64,000 bases of DNA from an uncultured bacterium (lineage in GTDB: Bacteria > Actinomycetota > Actinomycetes > S36-B12), in NCBI GenBank assembly GCA_963707385.1, contig CAVPPK010000002.1:354673-418672 (forward strand). The letters are read 5' to 3'. Numbering within the stretch: position 1 is the stretch's first letter; every line of letters starts with the position of its first letter. The notes under the pieces are model-generated. The model did not search any database. It saw only the letters and a program-made list of their open reading frames with translations, and had not been told where the DNA came from. This document shows positions 9,712-18,659 of this stretch, in pieces. A program made the position numbers and the translations under genes.

Positions 9712-10427
9712 ACGGTCAAGCCACCGCCCACGCCGCCCGAGCCGCCCTTCTCCGTCCGGTACCCCTTCCTCCTCCTCGAGGAGGAAGGGGTCACCCGGCT
9801 GACGATCGTGCGGCACGCGCAGCAGGACTATCCGACGGACGACGAGTTCGACCACGCGGCCTGGGCCGACCCGCCGCTGAGCGGCCTGGGTCGCACCCAG
9901 GCGATGGCGCTGTCGGCCGTGCTCGGCGAGCAGGACGTCGACGTCGTCGCCTGCAGCACGATGCGCCGCGCCATCGAGACGGCGGAGATCGTCGCCTCGC
10001 CGCATGGCGCTGACGCCCGTCGTCCGGCCCGAGCTGGTGGAGATCCAGTCCTACCGCGACCTCGAGGAGGGCGTCGATCCGCAGACCCTCGTCGACCCGG
10101 CGGAGTGGGCCGCGCGCGAGCAGGCGTTCTACCGGCAGGCTGATGTGGGACCACATGTTCTTCAGCGAGGGCTCTGCCGAGTTCCGTGCGCGTGCCGTCG
10201 GCGCTGTCGACCGCCTCGTGGCCGACTACTCCGGGCAGCACATCGTGCTGGTGAGCCACGGTGGCGTGATCAACGCGGTCATCGGCGCCATCCTCGGGAT
10301 CGAGGAGGACATGTTCTTCCTGCCGAACCACTGCTCGATCAGCTCGGTGTGGATCAAGGGCGACGTGCGCCGGGTGCACTCCGTCAACGAGCGCCAGCAC
10401 CTGCACGTCGGCATCCTCACGAACTGA
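9708..10427 (+). CDS. Histidine phosphatase family protein (1 of 3); frame interrupted near 10000 and 10140
   Basis: GTG overlaps the upstream stop (GTGA). RLTIVRHAQQDYP (RHA variant of the RHG motif), PPLSGLGRTQA, LVSHGGVINAVIG. Pieces lie in ORFs 9259-10143, 10004-10495 and 10143-10427. Confidence 0.7.
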
Positions 10428-10433
10428 CCACGA

Positions 10434-11213
10434 TCAGGGGAGCAGGCCGATCTCGCGGGCGCGAACGACCGCCGCCTCGCGGTCGCGCACGTTGAGGAAG
10501 CTCATCAGGCGCATGAGGTCCTTCTTGACGGTGGACTCGGAGTACTGCAGCGCCTCCCCGATCTCGCGCGCCGAGCGGCCCTGGGCCACCAGCTCGAGGA
10601 TGCGGACCTGACGATCGGTGATGCGCACGTGCGGGCTCGGCTCGGGCAGCGGATGCCGGGCGCGGGAGTGCTCCGAGACCTGATGCATGTAGAGCCAGAG
10701 CGCAAGCGCCGCCGCGGTGCCCCGCAGCTGCCGGTCCTCGGCAGTCGTCAGCTCGGCGCGGGGAGGGGTGTGCACGCACAGCACCCCGATGGGCAGCCCC
10801 TTGACCGCCAGCGGCACGGTGATGATGAACGGCGGCTCGCCGGCCGGGGTGCGGATGGCCTCCTGGAGGATGCGACGCTCCTCGTCGGCGAACCAGCCGC
10901 CGGAGGTCGCGCCGGACCGCATGATGATCCGGTTCTCCCGGAAGGTGCGGCACGTGGTGAGCGGCGCCGCGACGGAGATCGAGCTGTACTTCTGCCACGT
11001 GACGTCGGGCATGCCGAAGGCGCCGATCAGGGCCAGCTCCTCCGGAACGGGTGCCTGGTAGACGGCGGATGCGGTGGCCGCCAGCGCGCGTAGCGGCCCG
11101 TGCACGACGGCCAGCGCGACGTCGTCGCCGCTCGGGTTGGCGCACAGGAACGACAGGAACGCGGCGGCGCCGTCGGAGAACTGGCCCTCGACCCCTGGCT
11201 GCTCGTCCGGCAC
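10434..11213 (-). CDS. LuxR-family transcriptional regulator with an N-terminal GAF-like sensor domain, intact
   Basis: 259-aa ORF. C-terminal HTH ITDRQVRILELVAQGRSAREIGEALQYSESTVKKDLMRLMSFLNVRDREAAV. Confidence 0.85.
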   Translation of the reverse strand: MPDEQPGVEGQFSDGAAAFLSFLCANPSGDDVALAVVHGPLRALAATASAVYQAPVPEELALIGAFGMPDVTWQKYSSISVAAPLTTCRTFRENRIIMRSGATSGGWFADEERRILQEAIRTPAGEPPFIITVPLAVKGLPIGVLCVHTPPRAELTTAEDRQLRGTAAALALWLYMHQVSEHSRARHPLPEPSPHVRITDRQVRILELVAQGRSAREIGEALQYSESTVKKDLMRLMSFLNVRDREAAVVRAREIGLLP

Positions 11214-11302
11214 GCCACGAACCTAGCCGAACGCCGGGTATGACCGTTCATGAACTGCGCGGGCCGTGGCGACGGACCGTCCAACCTCCCTACCGTTGGG
11301 GC
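11214..11302. promoter_or_regulatory. Divergent LuxR / Rieske-1 control region
   Basis: Perfect 10-bp palindrome GTTCATGAAC (11246-11255) and GGACCGTCC (11274-11282), the latter related to the island-wide GGACGTCC core. Confidence 0.4.
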
Positions 11303-12511
11303 ATGACCGACACCGTTCCCCAGTACCGCGCCGGCGCGCACACCGCGATGAGCCGCGAGGAGGCCCTCTCGATCCTCGACCGACTGGTGGGCCATCTGCG
11401 CAACGGCACGACCGACATGGCGCCCGAGCAGATGGAGATCCCGATCTCCTACTACCTCGACCAGGAGCTGTGGGAGCGCGAGATCAAGGAGATCTTCCAC
11501 GCCATCCCGCTGCCGGTCGGCACGTCGGCGGAGCTCGCCGGCGTCGGCGACTACAAGACGATGCGGGTGGTGGGCAAGGAGATCATCCTCGTGCGCGGCA
11601 AGGACGGGCGCATGAACGCGATGCTCAACGTCTGTCGTCACCGGGCGATGAAGCTGCTTCCCGACGGCTGCGGGAGCTCGCGCCGCTTCACCTGCTCGTA
11701 CCACGCCTGGACGTACGACACCGATGGCAGGCTGACCGGCGTCCCCGGCGAGGACACCTTCGGCGACGTCGACAAGGACGACTACAGCCTCGTTCGGCTG
11801 CCGTGCGAGGAGCGCGCCGGCTTCATCTTCGTCGGACTGACCCCCGGGATGGACCTCGGGATCGACGCCTGGCTCGGCGACGTGGCGCCGTACCTCGAGG
11901 CCCTCGAGCTCGACAAGTGCACGCACTTCACGACGAAGACGCTGCCCGGGCCCAACTGGAAGGTCACGCTCGACGGCTACCTCGAGGGCTACCACTTCAG
12001 CGCGCTGCACCCGAACACGGTGGCGCTGACCAACCACACCAACCGCATGACCTTCGACCGCTTCGGCCCGCACGTCCGCAACGTGTTCGCCCTGAAGACC
12101 CTCGACGCGATGATGGAGACGCCCCGCGAGGAGTGGGATCCGGCTGCGGCCATGGGGCTCGTGTACTGGATCTTCCCGGGCATGTCGATCGCCGGCGGCT
12201 GGCGCGAGCGCACGGTCGTCTCGATCATCCTGCCGGGCGACTCGTGGGGGGAGTCGATGACGTGGCAGACGACGCTTCTGCGCACGCCGCCGCAGACCCC
12301 GGAGGAGCTGCTCGAGGCGGAGAAGACGGCCGAGTGGTTCTTCGCGGCCTTCCGCGACGAGGACTACACGGCCCAGGCCGACGTCCAGAACGGGCTCGCC
12401 TCGCTGGCGGACAAGCACATGATCATCGGACGCAACGAGATCGCCGTCCAGCACGCCCACGAGACGGCGCGGCGGCTGCTGGCGGGGGAGCCCGTCCACG
12501 GCCCTCGGTAG
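11303..12511 (+). CDS. Rieske [2Fe-2S] non-heme-iron oxygenase alpha subunit (alpha-only type), paralogue 1, intact
   Basis: CRHRAMKLLPDGCGSSRRFTCSYHAW (CxH...CxxH), iron site NWKVTLDGYLEGYHFSALHPNT. 402 aa in one frame from ATG 11303. No beta-subunit gene follows. Confidence 0.9.
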   Translation: MTDTVPQYRAGAHTAMSREEALSILDRLVGHLRNGTTDMAPEQMEIPISYYLDQELWEREIKEIFHAIPLPVGTSAELAGVGDYKTMRVVGKEIILVRGKDGRMNAMLNVCRHRAMKLLPDGCGSSRRFTCSYHAWTYDTDGRLTGVPGEDTFGDVDKDDYSLVRLPCEERAGFIFVGLTPGMDLGIDAWLGDVAPYLEALELDKCTHFTTKTLPGPNWKVTLDGYLEGYHFSALHPNTVALTNHTNRMTFDRFGPHVRNVFALKTLDAMMETPREEWDPAAAMGLVYWIFPGMSIAGGWRERTVVSIILPGDSWGESMTWQTTLLRTPPQTPEELLEAEKTAEWFFAAFRDEDYTAQADVQNGLASLADKHMIIGRNEIAVQHAHETARRLLAGEPVHGPR

Positions 12512-12611
12512 GCGTTAGTGGTGGCCATCTCCACAAACTGAGTGGTCATCCCCCCGACGGGGATGGCAGACTCTCGGGCGTCCTGCCCCCCATCACTGAA
12601 TGGACGTCCAC

Positions 12612-14329
12612 ATGTCAGAGAAGGCCTGGCTCACCGACACCGAGCCCAGCGCGAAGTTCCCCGTCTTCACCCGGCTCAACGCCGCAGACGTCATGGCCGA
12701 CCCGATCACGCCGCTGGGCGCATCCATGTGCTGGATCCCCAACGTGCTGCCCGGCTGGGCCTCCGGCTACGTCGAGGACGTCTGCTTCACGGCCGACGAG
12801 CTCACCGACGAGTCCGCGGTGGCCGGGTTCTTCTACGGCTACCTGTACGTCAACCAGAGCTCGGTGCGCGTCCTGGGCATCCGCAAGGGCATGACCGCGG
12901 AGATCATCGACTCCATCTTCTTCAACTCCCCGGGTGCGCCGCCGCACGTCGCGTCCCCGAGCGACCAGAACGAGGCGCTGTCGGCGCTCGGCGCCGCGCG
13001 CGCCGGCTGGGTGCTGAGCACCTCGAAGTTCGAGGGCGCCGACGAGGACGCGGCCATCGCGGACGACCTGCGCCGCAACCGTCCCAACCTGAGGGCCATG
13101 AGCAACCGCGCCCTCGTCGCGCGCGCTCGCTCCGTGATGCCCTACGAGCGGCTCGCCTGGCGCTCGGAGCAGATCGGCTCCTCGAACGCCGCCGTCGGCC
13201 CGGCCGTCGCCGGCCAGATGCTCGGCGCCGAGAAGGCGCACCTGCTCGTGACGATCCTCGGCTACGCGGGCGACGTCGAGTCCGCCGCACCGACCTATGC
13301 GCTGTGGTCGCTGTCCCGCACGGTCAAGGGCAGCCCGGAGATGACGGCGCTGTTCGACAGCGGCGTCGACAACGTCGTCGCGCAGCTGCCCACCGCGACC
13401 GGCGGCTTCTGGAGCGAGTTCGCCGCGTTCATCGCGGAGTTCGGCTACCGCGGCCCGTCGGAGTGGGACCTCGGCACCGAGTCCTGGGAGTCCAAGCCGT
13501 CGCTCGCGCTGGCGCTCATCGACAAGATGCGCCAGCTCGACGACTCCGAGTCGCCGTCGGCCAAGCAGGCCTCGCACGCGGCGGCCACCGACAAGGCGAT
13601 GCTCGAGGCGACCGAGGGCATGGACGCGGCCACCGAGGCCATGTTCCGTGGCGCCATCGGCTCGGCCCGTCGCTTCGCCGGCTGGCGCGAGAGCGGCAAG
13701 TCGTCGTGCATCAAGGTCATGAACGAGGCCCGCATGGCGCTGATCGAGCTGGGCAGCCGGCTCGAGGCCCAGGGCGTGCTGGACCACTCGCGACAGATCT
13801 TCATCGCGCTCGACAGCGAGCTGGACGCCCTCGCCCTCGGCGAGACCACGCTGCTGCCGACGATCCGCCAGCGCGAGACGGACTGGAACGCCCTGAAGGA
13901 CCTCGAGGTCCCGACCTTCCTCGACGGCTCCAAGCCGATCCCGCCGATCTCCGACGTGCCCCGCAAGGGCGCGTCCAGCGCGGAGCGGGCGACGGTGGGT
14001 GCCGTGTTCAACGGTGCCGCTGCCTCGCAGGGCGTCGTCGAGGGTCGCGCGCGCGTCGTGCTCGGCACCGACGCGATCGGCGAGTTCGAGCCGGGCGAGA
14101 TCCTCGTCGCCCCGCAGACCGACCCGTCCTGGACGCCGCTGTTCATGGTCGCCGTCGGCGGTCGTCGTCAACACCGGCTCGATGGGCTCGCACGCGATGA
14201 TCGTCGCCCGCGAGCTCGGCATCCCGTGCGTCGCCGGCCTGCCCGGCGCGACGCACGATGTTCAAGTCCGGCGACCTGCTCCGGGTCGACGGCGCCAAGG
14301 GCACCATCGAGGTGCTCGAGACCGTCTAG
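12612..14329 (+). CDS. PEP-utilizer mobile-domain (swivelling phospho-His) protein, paralogue 2, no ATP-grasp; frame interrupted near 14160 and 14260
   Basis: MSEKAWLTDTEPSAKFPVFTRLNAADV... runs in one frame for ~1550 nt. C-terminus EPGEILVAPQTDPSWTPLFMVA..GSMGSHAMIVARELGIPCVAG...LLRVDGAKGTIEVLETV with TAG at 14327-14329. Confidence 0.85.
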
Positions 14330-14340
14330 CGCACAGCAAC

Positions 14341-14397
14341 GGCCCCGGTCCGTCGATGCGGATGCTCTCGAGCACTCGCATCGATCGGTCCGGGGCC
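14341..14397 (+). terminator. Long imperfect hairpin followed by TTT
   Basis: ggccccggtccgtcgatgcg (14341-14360) pairs with cgcatcgatcggtccggggcc (14377-14397), followed by tttgc. It starts 12 nt after the paralogue-2 stop. Confidence 0.65.
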
Positions 14398-14469
14398 TTT
14401 GCACGCCTGCCGTCCCGTGGAAGGCTCGCGTCATGATCGACACAGGCGGACGAGCGGGAGTGGTGCGGC

Positions 14470-14643
14470 GTGCGGATCGGGGCTCCGGCCGTCCGGGCGC
14501 TGGCGCAGGCGGGCATCGGCTCCCTGCCCGAGCTCGCCGCGCGGCCGCGTGCCGAGGTCGCCACGCTGCACGGCATGGGACCGAAGGGCCTGCGCATGCT
14601 GGACGAGGCCCTGGAGATCGCGGGCCTGAGCTGGACGGCGTGA
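14470..14643 (+). CDS. Small helix-hairpin-helix-type DNA-binding protein (tentative)
   Basis: VRIGAPAVRALAQAGIGSLPELAARPRAEVATLHGMGPKGLRMLDEALEIAGLSWTA. The GIGxxxA...LHGxGPK pattern is HhH-like. The start is uncertain (GTG 14470, or ATG 14433 with a frame change). Confidence 0.4.
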   Translation: MRIGAPAVRALAQAGIGSLPELAARPRAEVATLHGMGPKGLRMLDEALEIAGLSWTA

Positions 14644-14659
14644 CGCCCCGGCGCTGTCG

Positions 14660-16638
14660 CTAGAGCAGCTGCGCCAGTTCGAACGCCTGCTTCGTCGCGA
14701 AGGTCATGCGCCGTGGCGCCCAGGCGTCGCCCAGCAGGTGCGTGCGCGGATGGTGGAACGACACGGCCCGGTAGAGGGCGTCGTTGCCGATGCCCCCGGT
14801 GACGAGCACGACGGAGTCGATGCCGCCGACCGTGAAGCGACGGCGACTGTAGGCGTGGGCGAACTCCACCTCGGTCGGGCGGATCTCCGTCGCGACGGCC
14901 ATCTGCATGATCTCGACGCCGGCCTCGTCGAGGCTCTCGAACATCGCGCCCGGCCGAGTACTTGCCCACCAGCGGCGACGGCCCCGGCGTCTCGAACGCG
15001 AGCACGACCTCGTGGCCCAGGTGGGCGAGGTGGTCGGAGACGGTCAGCGGGGCCGGTCCGTCGTCGGCCGCGATGACGAGCACCCGGCGGCCCAGCGGGC
15101 GCGCGGTGCCGAGGATCACGGCGTCGGCCCCGGTGACGTGGGGCAGGTACTCGCCGGGGATGCCGGGACGGCGACCTCGCGCCCCGGTCGCGAAGGCGAC
15201 CACGTCGAAGCCGCCGTCGAGCACGGCACGTACCTCGGCCCGCCGGCCCAGGTAGGTGTCGACGCCCAGCCTCGGCAGGCGTGCCGCCGACCAGTCGATC
15301 CAGTCGCGGTACGTGGGGTTGGCGCGCAGCTGGGCGGCGATGGCGAAGCGTCCGCCGAGCTCCGGCTTCGCCTCCCACAGCTCGACCTGGTGGCCGCGCT
15401 CGGCGGCGTTGGCGGCCAGCTCCATCCCGGCCGGGCCGCCGCCGACGACCAGGAGCCGCACGGGCCGGTCGGCCGTCGCCACGGGCGGGAGGGACTCGCG
15501 CCCGGCGTGCGGGTTGACGCCGCACCCGAACGACAGGCCCTCGAGCGTGTAGCGGTGGATGCAGTCGTTGAGGGCGATGCACGGGCCGCACCTCGTCGGG
15601 GCGGCCGTCGAGGGTCTTGCGCAGCCACTCGCGGTCGGCGATGAGGGCGCGCACCATCCCCACCATGTCGGCGTTCGCCGTCGGCGATGACCTTCTCGGC
15701 GGTCTCGGCGTGCACGACGCGGCCCACGTAGAGGACGGGCAGGCTCGTGGCGGCCTTGGCCTCGCCGCACATCTGCGCCCAGGCGGCCTCCGGGTACATG
15801 CCGTGCTGCAGGTAGGTGATGGCGCCCCAGTTGCCGCCCATGTCGAGGTTGAAGTAGTCGACGGTGCCGTCGGCCTCGAAGCTCTGCATGAATCGCATGC
15901 ACTCGTCGAGGCCGTAGCCGCCGTCCATGTCCTGGTCGAGGGCCAGCCGAAGGCCGAAGGTGATCGGCCGGTCGACGCGGGCGCGGATGCCGTCGGTGAT
16001 CTCCCGCAGGAAGCGTCGACGGTTCTCGTACGAGCCGCCGTACTCGTCCGTCCGCGTGTTCGTGAGCGGGGACAGGAACCACTCGATGATGTCGTCGTGG
16101 TTGGAGTGCAGCTCGATCGAGTCGAGGCCCGTGCGGGCGGCGATCACCGCCGACTCGATGTACTCGTTGATGACCCACTGCACCTCGTCGTGGCTCATGA
16201 CGTGGACGCCGCGATGGTCGAGGAAGCCGGAGAAGGTGGGGGAGGGCGCGCTGGGCATGCCGCCCTGCTGCAGCAGCTGGATCCCCATGTAGCCGCCGGC
16301 GTCGTGCACGCGCTCGACGAAGTGCGACATGCGGTCGTGGAAGAGCGGGTGCCGGAAGTTGCCGTCGCCCTTGCCCATGGCGCCGATGCCGGTGGGCTCG
16401 AAGCCGGGGACGTGCGAGGTGCCTGCACGTGGCAGGGCGGTCCGCCGATCCACTGGAAGCCGTCCTCGACGCGCGACAGCCAGTAGTCGACCATCGCCTC
16501 GAACCGGGCGTCGTCGCCCGACAGCGAGCCCGCCCCGCCGCCGTGCGTCGGCACGAACAGCCGGTGGTCCAGGCTCATGGTGCCGACGGTGATCGGCTCG
16601 AGGGCGGCGCGTAGCGGGGTGGCGGGGGCGATGGTCAC
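14660..16638 (-). CDS. NADH:flavin oxidoreductase, OYE-like TIM barrel fused to an FAD/NAD(P) domain (2,4-dienoyl-CoA-reductase architecture); about 5 frame interruptions
   Basis: MTIAPATPLRAALEPITVGTMSLDHRLFVPTHGG, GGYMGIQLLQQG, IELHSNHDDIIEWFLSPLTNTRTDEYGGS, RLLVVGGGPAGMELAANAAERGHQVELWE, C-terminus ...AWAPRRMTFATKQAFELAQLL. Confidence 0.75.
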
Positions 16639-16678
16639 GGGAAACTATGGCACGGGGTTACTGGAGCGGGACAAAAGA

Positions 16679-16710
16679 AACGGGGAATTCGTCTAGACGA
16701 ATTCCCCGTT
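16679..16710 (-). terminator. Intrinsic terminator: perfect 32-bp palindrome with a T-tract on the minus strand
   Basis: AACGGGGAATTCGTCTAGACGAATTCCCCGTT equals its own reverse complement. On the minus strand it is followed by tttcttttgt. It sits 22 nt after the ADH stop. Confidence 0.8.
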
Positions 16711-16731
16711 CCTGCGTGCTGCCGATGCGCG

Positions 16732-17783
16732 CTACGGGGTGATGACGGCGCGGCCGGTGAGGCGCCCGGCGTCCATGTCGGCGTAGGCGTCGAGTGCCTG
16801 GTCGAGCGCGTACGTCGTGTACTCCGGCGTGATCAGTCCCCTGGCGGCGAGGGCCAGCACCTCGCCCAGCTCGGACCGGGTGCCCCAGTAGATGGAGCGC
16901 ATCGCCGTCTCGTACGGCGGGGCGTAGAGGTTGAACGCGAAGCTGCCGCCGGCGACGCCCACGAGGGTGAGGTCGCTCTGGTACTTGCAGGAGCCGACGG
17001 CCGTGGCGAGCGTGGCGTCGGTGCCGACGAAGTCGATCACCACCTCGGCGCCGCCCTGAGTGGCCTCCTTGATCTGGGCGACGATGTCCTCGGCGCTGCC
17101 GTCGAGGACCACGTCGGCACCGGACTTGGCGGCGAGCTCGCGCGCCGCGGGCTTCACGTCGACGGCCACCACGTCGGCGGCCGTCATCGCCTTGATGATC
17201 TGGATGCCCATGTGGCCGAGGCCGCCCGCGCCGATGACGACGACGCGGGAGCCCGGGCACCATCTTCGCGACGGACAGCTTCACCGCGTGGTACGGCGTC
17301 AGGCCCGCGTCGGTGAGCGGAGCCGCGGCGACGGGGTCGAGCGCGTCGGGGATGGGCACGAGGAAGCGTGCGTCCGGGACGAGCATGTACTCGGCCTGGC
17401 CGCCGTTCGGTGCCGAGGCCGCCGCCGAACGCGCTGTCGTAGCCGTCGAGCGGGGCGACGCAGTAGGTGTCCTGGCCGCGCCCGCAGGCGGCGCACCTGC
17501 CGCAGCCCCAGGGGCCGAAGACCGCCACGGCCTGGCCCGAGGGCGACGGTGTCGACGCCCGTCGCCGACCGCGTGCACGTGAGCCGGAGTTCTCGTGGCC
17601 GAGGATGAACGGCACCTTCCAGGGCAGCATGCCCTCCTCGAAGTCGTGGAGCAGGTGCAGGTCGCTGTGGCACAGGCCCGCGCCCGCGATCTTCAGGACG
17701 ACCTGGCCGGGGCCGGGCGTCGGGACGTCGACCTCGACGAGCTGCGGATCGGACTTCCAGCTGGGCAGCAGTACGGCCTTCAT
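16732..17783 (-). CDS. Zinc-dependent alcohol dehydrogenase (MDR family); about 4 frame interruptions
   Basis: MKAVLLPSW..VVLKIAGAGLCHSDLHLLH..ILGHENSG, structural Zn site GPWGCGRCAACGRGQDTYC, VVVIGAGGLGHMGIQI, C-terminus RLTGRAVITP. Confidence 0.8.
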
Positions 17784-17991
17784 GCGGTCCCCTCGAGCGG
17801 ACGGGCGCCTCGGCGCCGGGTGTCGGATCGCCGCAGGAAGGCGGCGATTCCGGATGCTAGCGGCGGAGATGGGGCCGGGGGTCGGGTTTCTTTAGCCTTC
17901 CTCTATAAATAGGTCCCGAGTTCTGCGATAGTAGGACTTCCTAGTGACTGGCCTGCCGCTCCGGCGGCGGCCCCGGGGTGCGGAGGATCGG
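17784..17991. promoter_or_regulatory. Divergent AT-rich control region (ADH operon / PPDK-like operon)
   Basis: TATAAAT (17904-17910). Box TAGTAGGACTTCCTAGTGAC (17929-17948) has inverted arms TAGGA..TCCTA. GGAGGA RBS precedes ATG 17992. Confidence 0.5.
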
Positions 17992-18607
17992 ATGACGGAC
18001 GTGGTCTTGGCGGACGGGGAGCGCGACGCCCTCGTGACCATGGTGGTGCGCGGCATGGCCCGCGGCGAGGTCTCGCCCGAGCAGCAGGCTCTTGCCGACG
18101 CCGGCCTGATCCTGATCAAGGGCCCGATGATGATGCCCACGCCGGCCGGCACCGCGCTGGTGGCCGAGCAGCTGCGACTGCCCGACGACGCGCCGGAGCG
18201 CGAGCGCATCATGGCCACGTTCCACCGCTTCCTCCCGGTCAACCGTCAGCTGCGCGACCTGTGCACCGCGTGGCAGGTGCGCCCCGACGGCAGCGTGAAC
18301 GATCACGCGGACGAGAACTACGACGCCGACATCCGCGACCGGCTCGACGACATCGACGACTCGGTCGCGCCGCTGCTCAAGCGGTTCGCGGAGGACATCC
18401 CGCGGATGGCCGGCTATCGCGCGAAGCTCACCGAGGCGCTGGCGAAGCTCGACGACGGTGACGACGCGTGGCTGGCGTCGCCCGCTGATCGACTCGTACC
18501 ACACGGTGTGGATGCACCTGCACCAGGAACTGCTCCTCACCATCGGCATGTCCCGCAAGGAGGACGAGGAGCTCGAGGAGCGCCTCGTGTCGGGTGGGGC
18601 CGCGTGA
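17992..18607 (+). CDS. Hypothetical protein (about 200 aa) immediately upstream of the PPDK-like gene; one frame interruption near 18480
   Basis: MTDVVLADGERDALVTMVVRGMARGEVSPEQQALADAGLILIKG...RFLPVNRQLRDLCTAWQVRPDG..., then LIDSYHTVWMHLHQELLLTIGMSRKEDEELEERLVSGGAA with TGA at 18605-18607. I recognise no family. Confidence 0.5.
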
Positions 18608-18659
18608 GGACGCGAGGAGTGAGCGGAGCGAGCCCCGGAGCGGCCCAGCAGGTGAACGC

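Noticed and set aside
9761-9789. 13-bp-stem hairpin ccccttcctcctc-ctc-gaggaggaagggg, which looked like a terminator between swivel-His-1 and the histidine phosphatase
   Set aside because: The phosphatase most plausibly starts at the GTG overlapping the upstream stop (9708). The hairpin would then lie inside coding sequence (PFLLLEEEG). It has a 3-nt loop and no U-tract. I keep it only as a possible mRNA structure.
11027-12499. 490-aa minus-strand ORF, with similar ones at 12615-14222, 38112-39272, 39700-40689 and 62494-63525
   Set aside because: Each is the mirror frame of an intact or motif-rich plus-strand gene (Rieske-1, swivel-His-2, SBP-2, Rieske-2, thiolase). None has recognisable protein features.
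16679-16710. EcoRI-XbaI-EcoRI arrangement, considered as a possible cloning-vector or linker contamination
   Set aside because: The flanks are native-looking genes in the correct operon context. The GTCTAGAC core recurs in other native intergenic sites, and the palindrome has a proper terminator T-tract. A natural origin is more parsimonious.
18594-18659. Short GTG-initiated ORF between the 17992 gene and the PPDK-like gene (GTGAGGACGCGAGGAGTGAGCGG...)
   Set aside because: It is about 20 codons with no RBS. It is more likely either untranslated spacer or the true 5' extension of the dikinase gene. The two cannot be distinguished without homologues.
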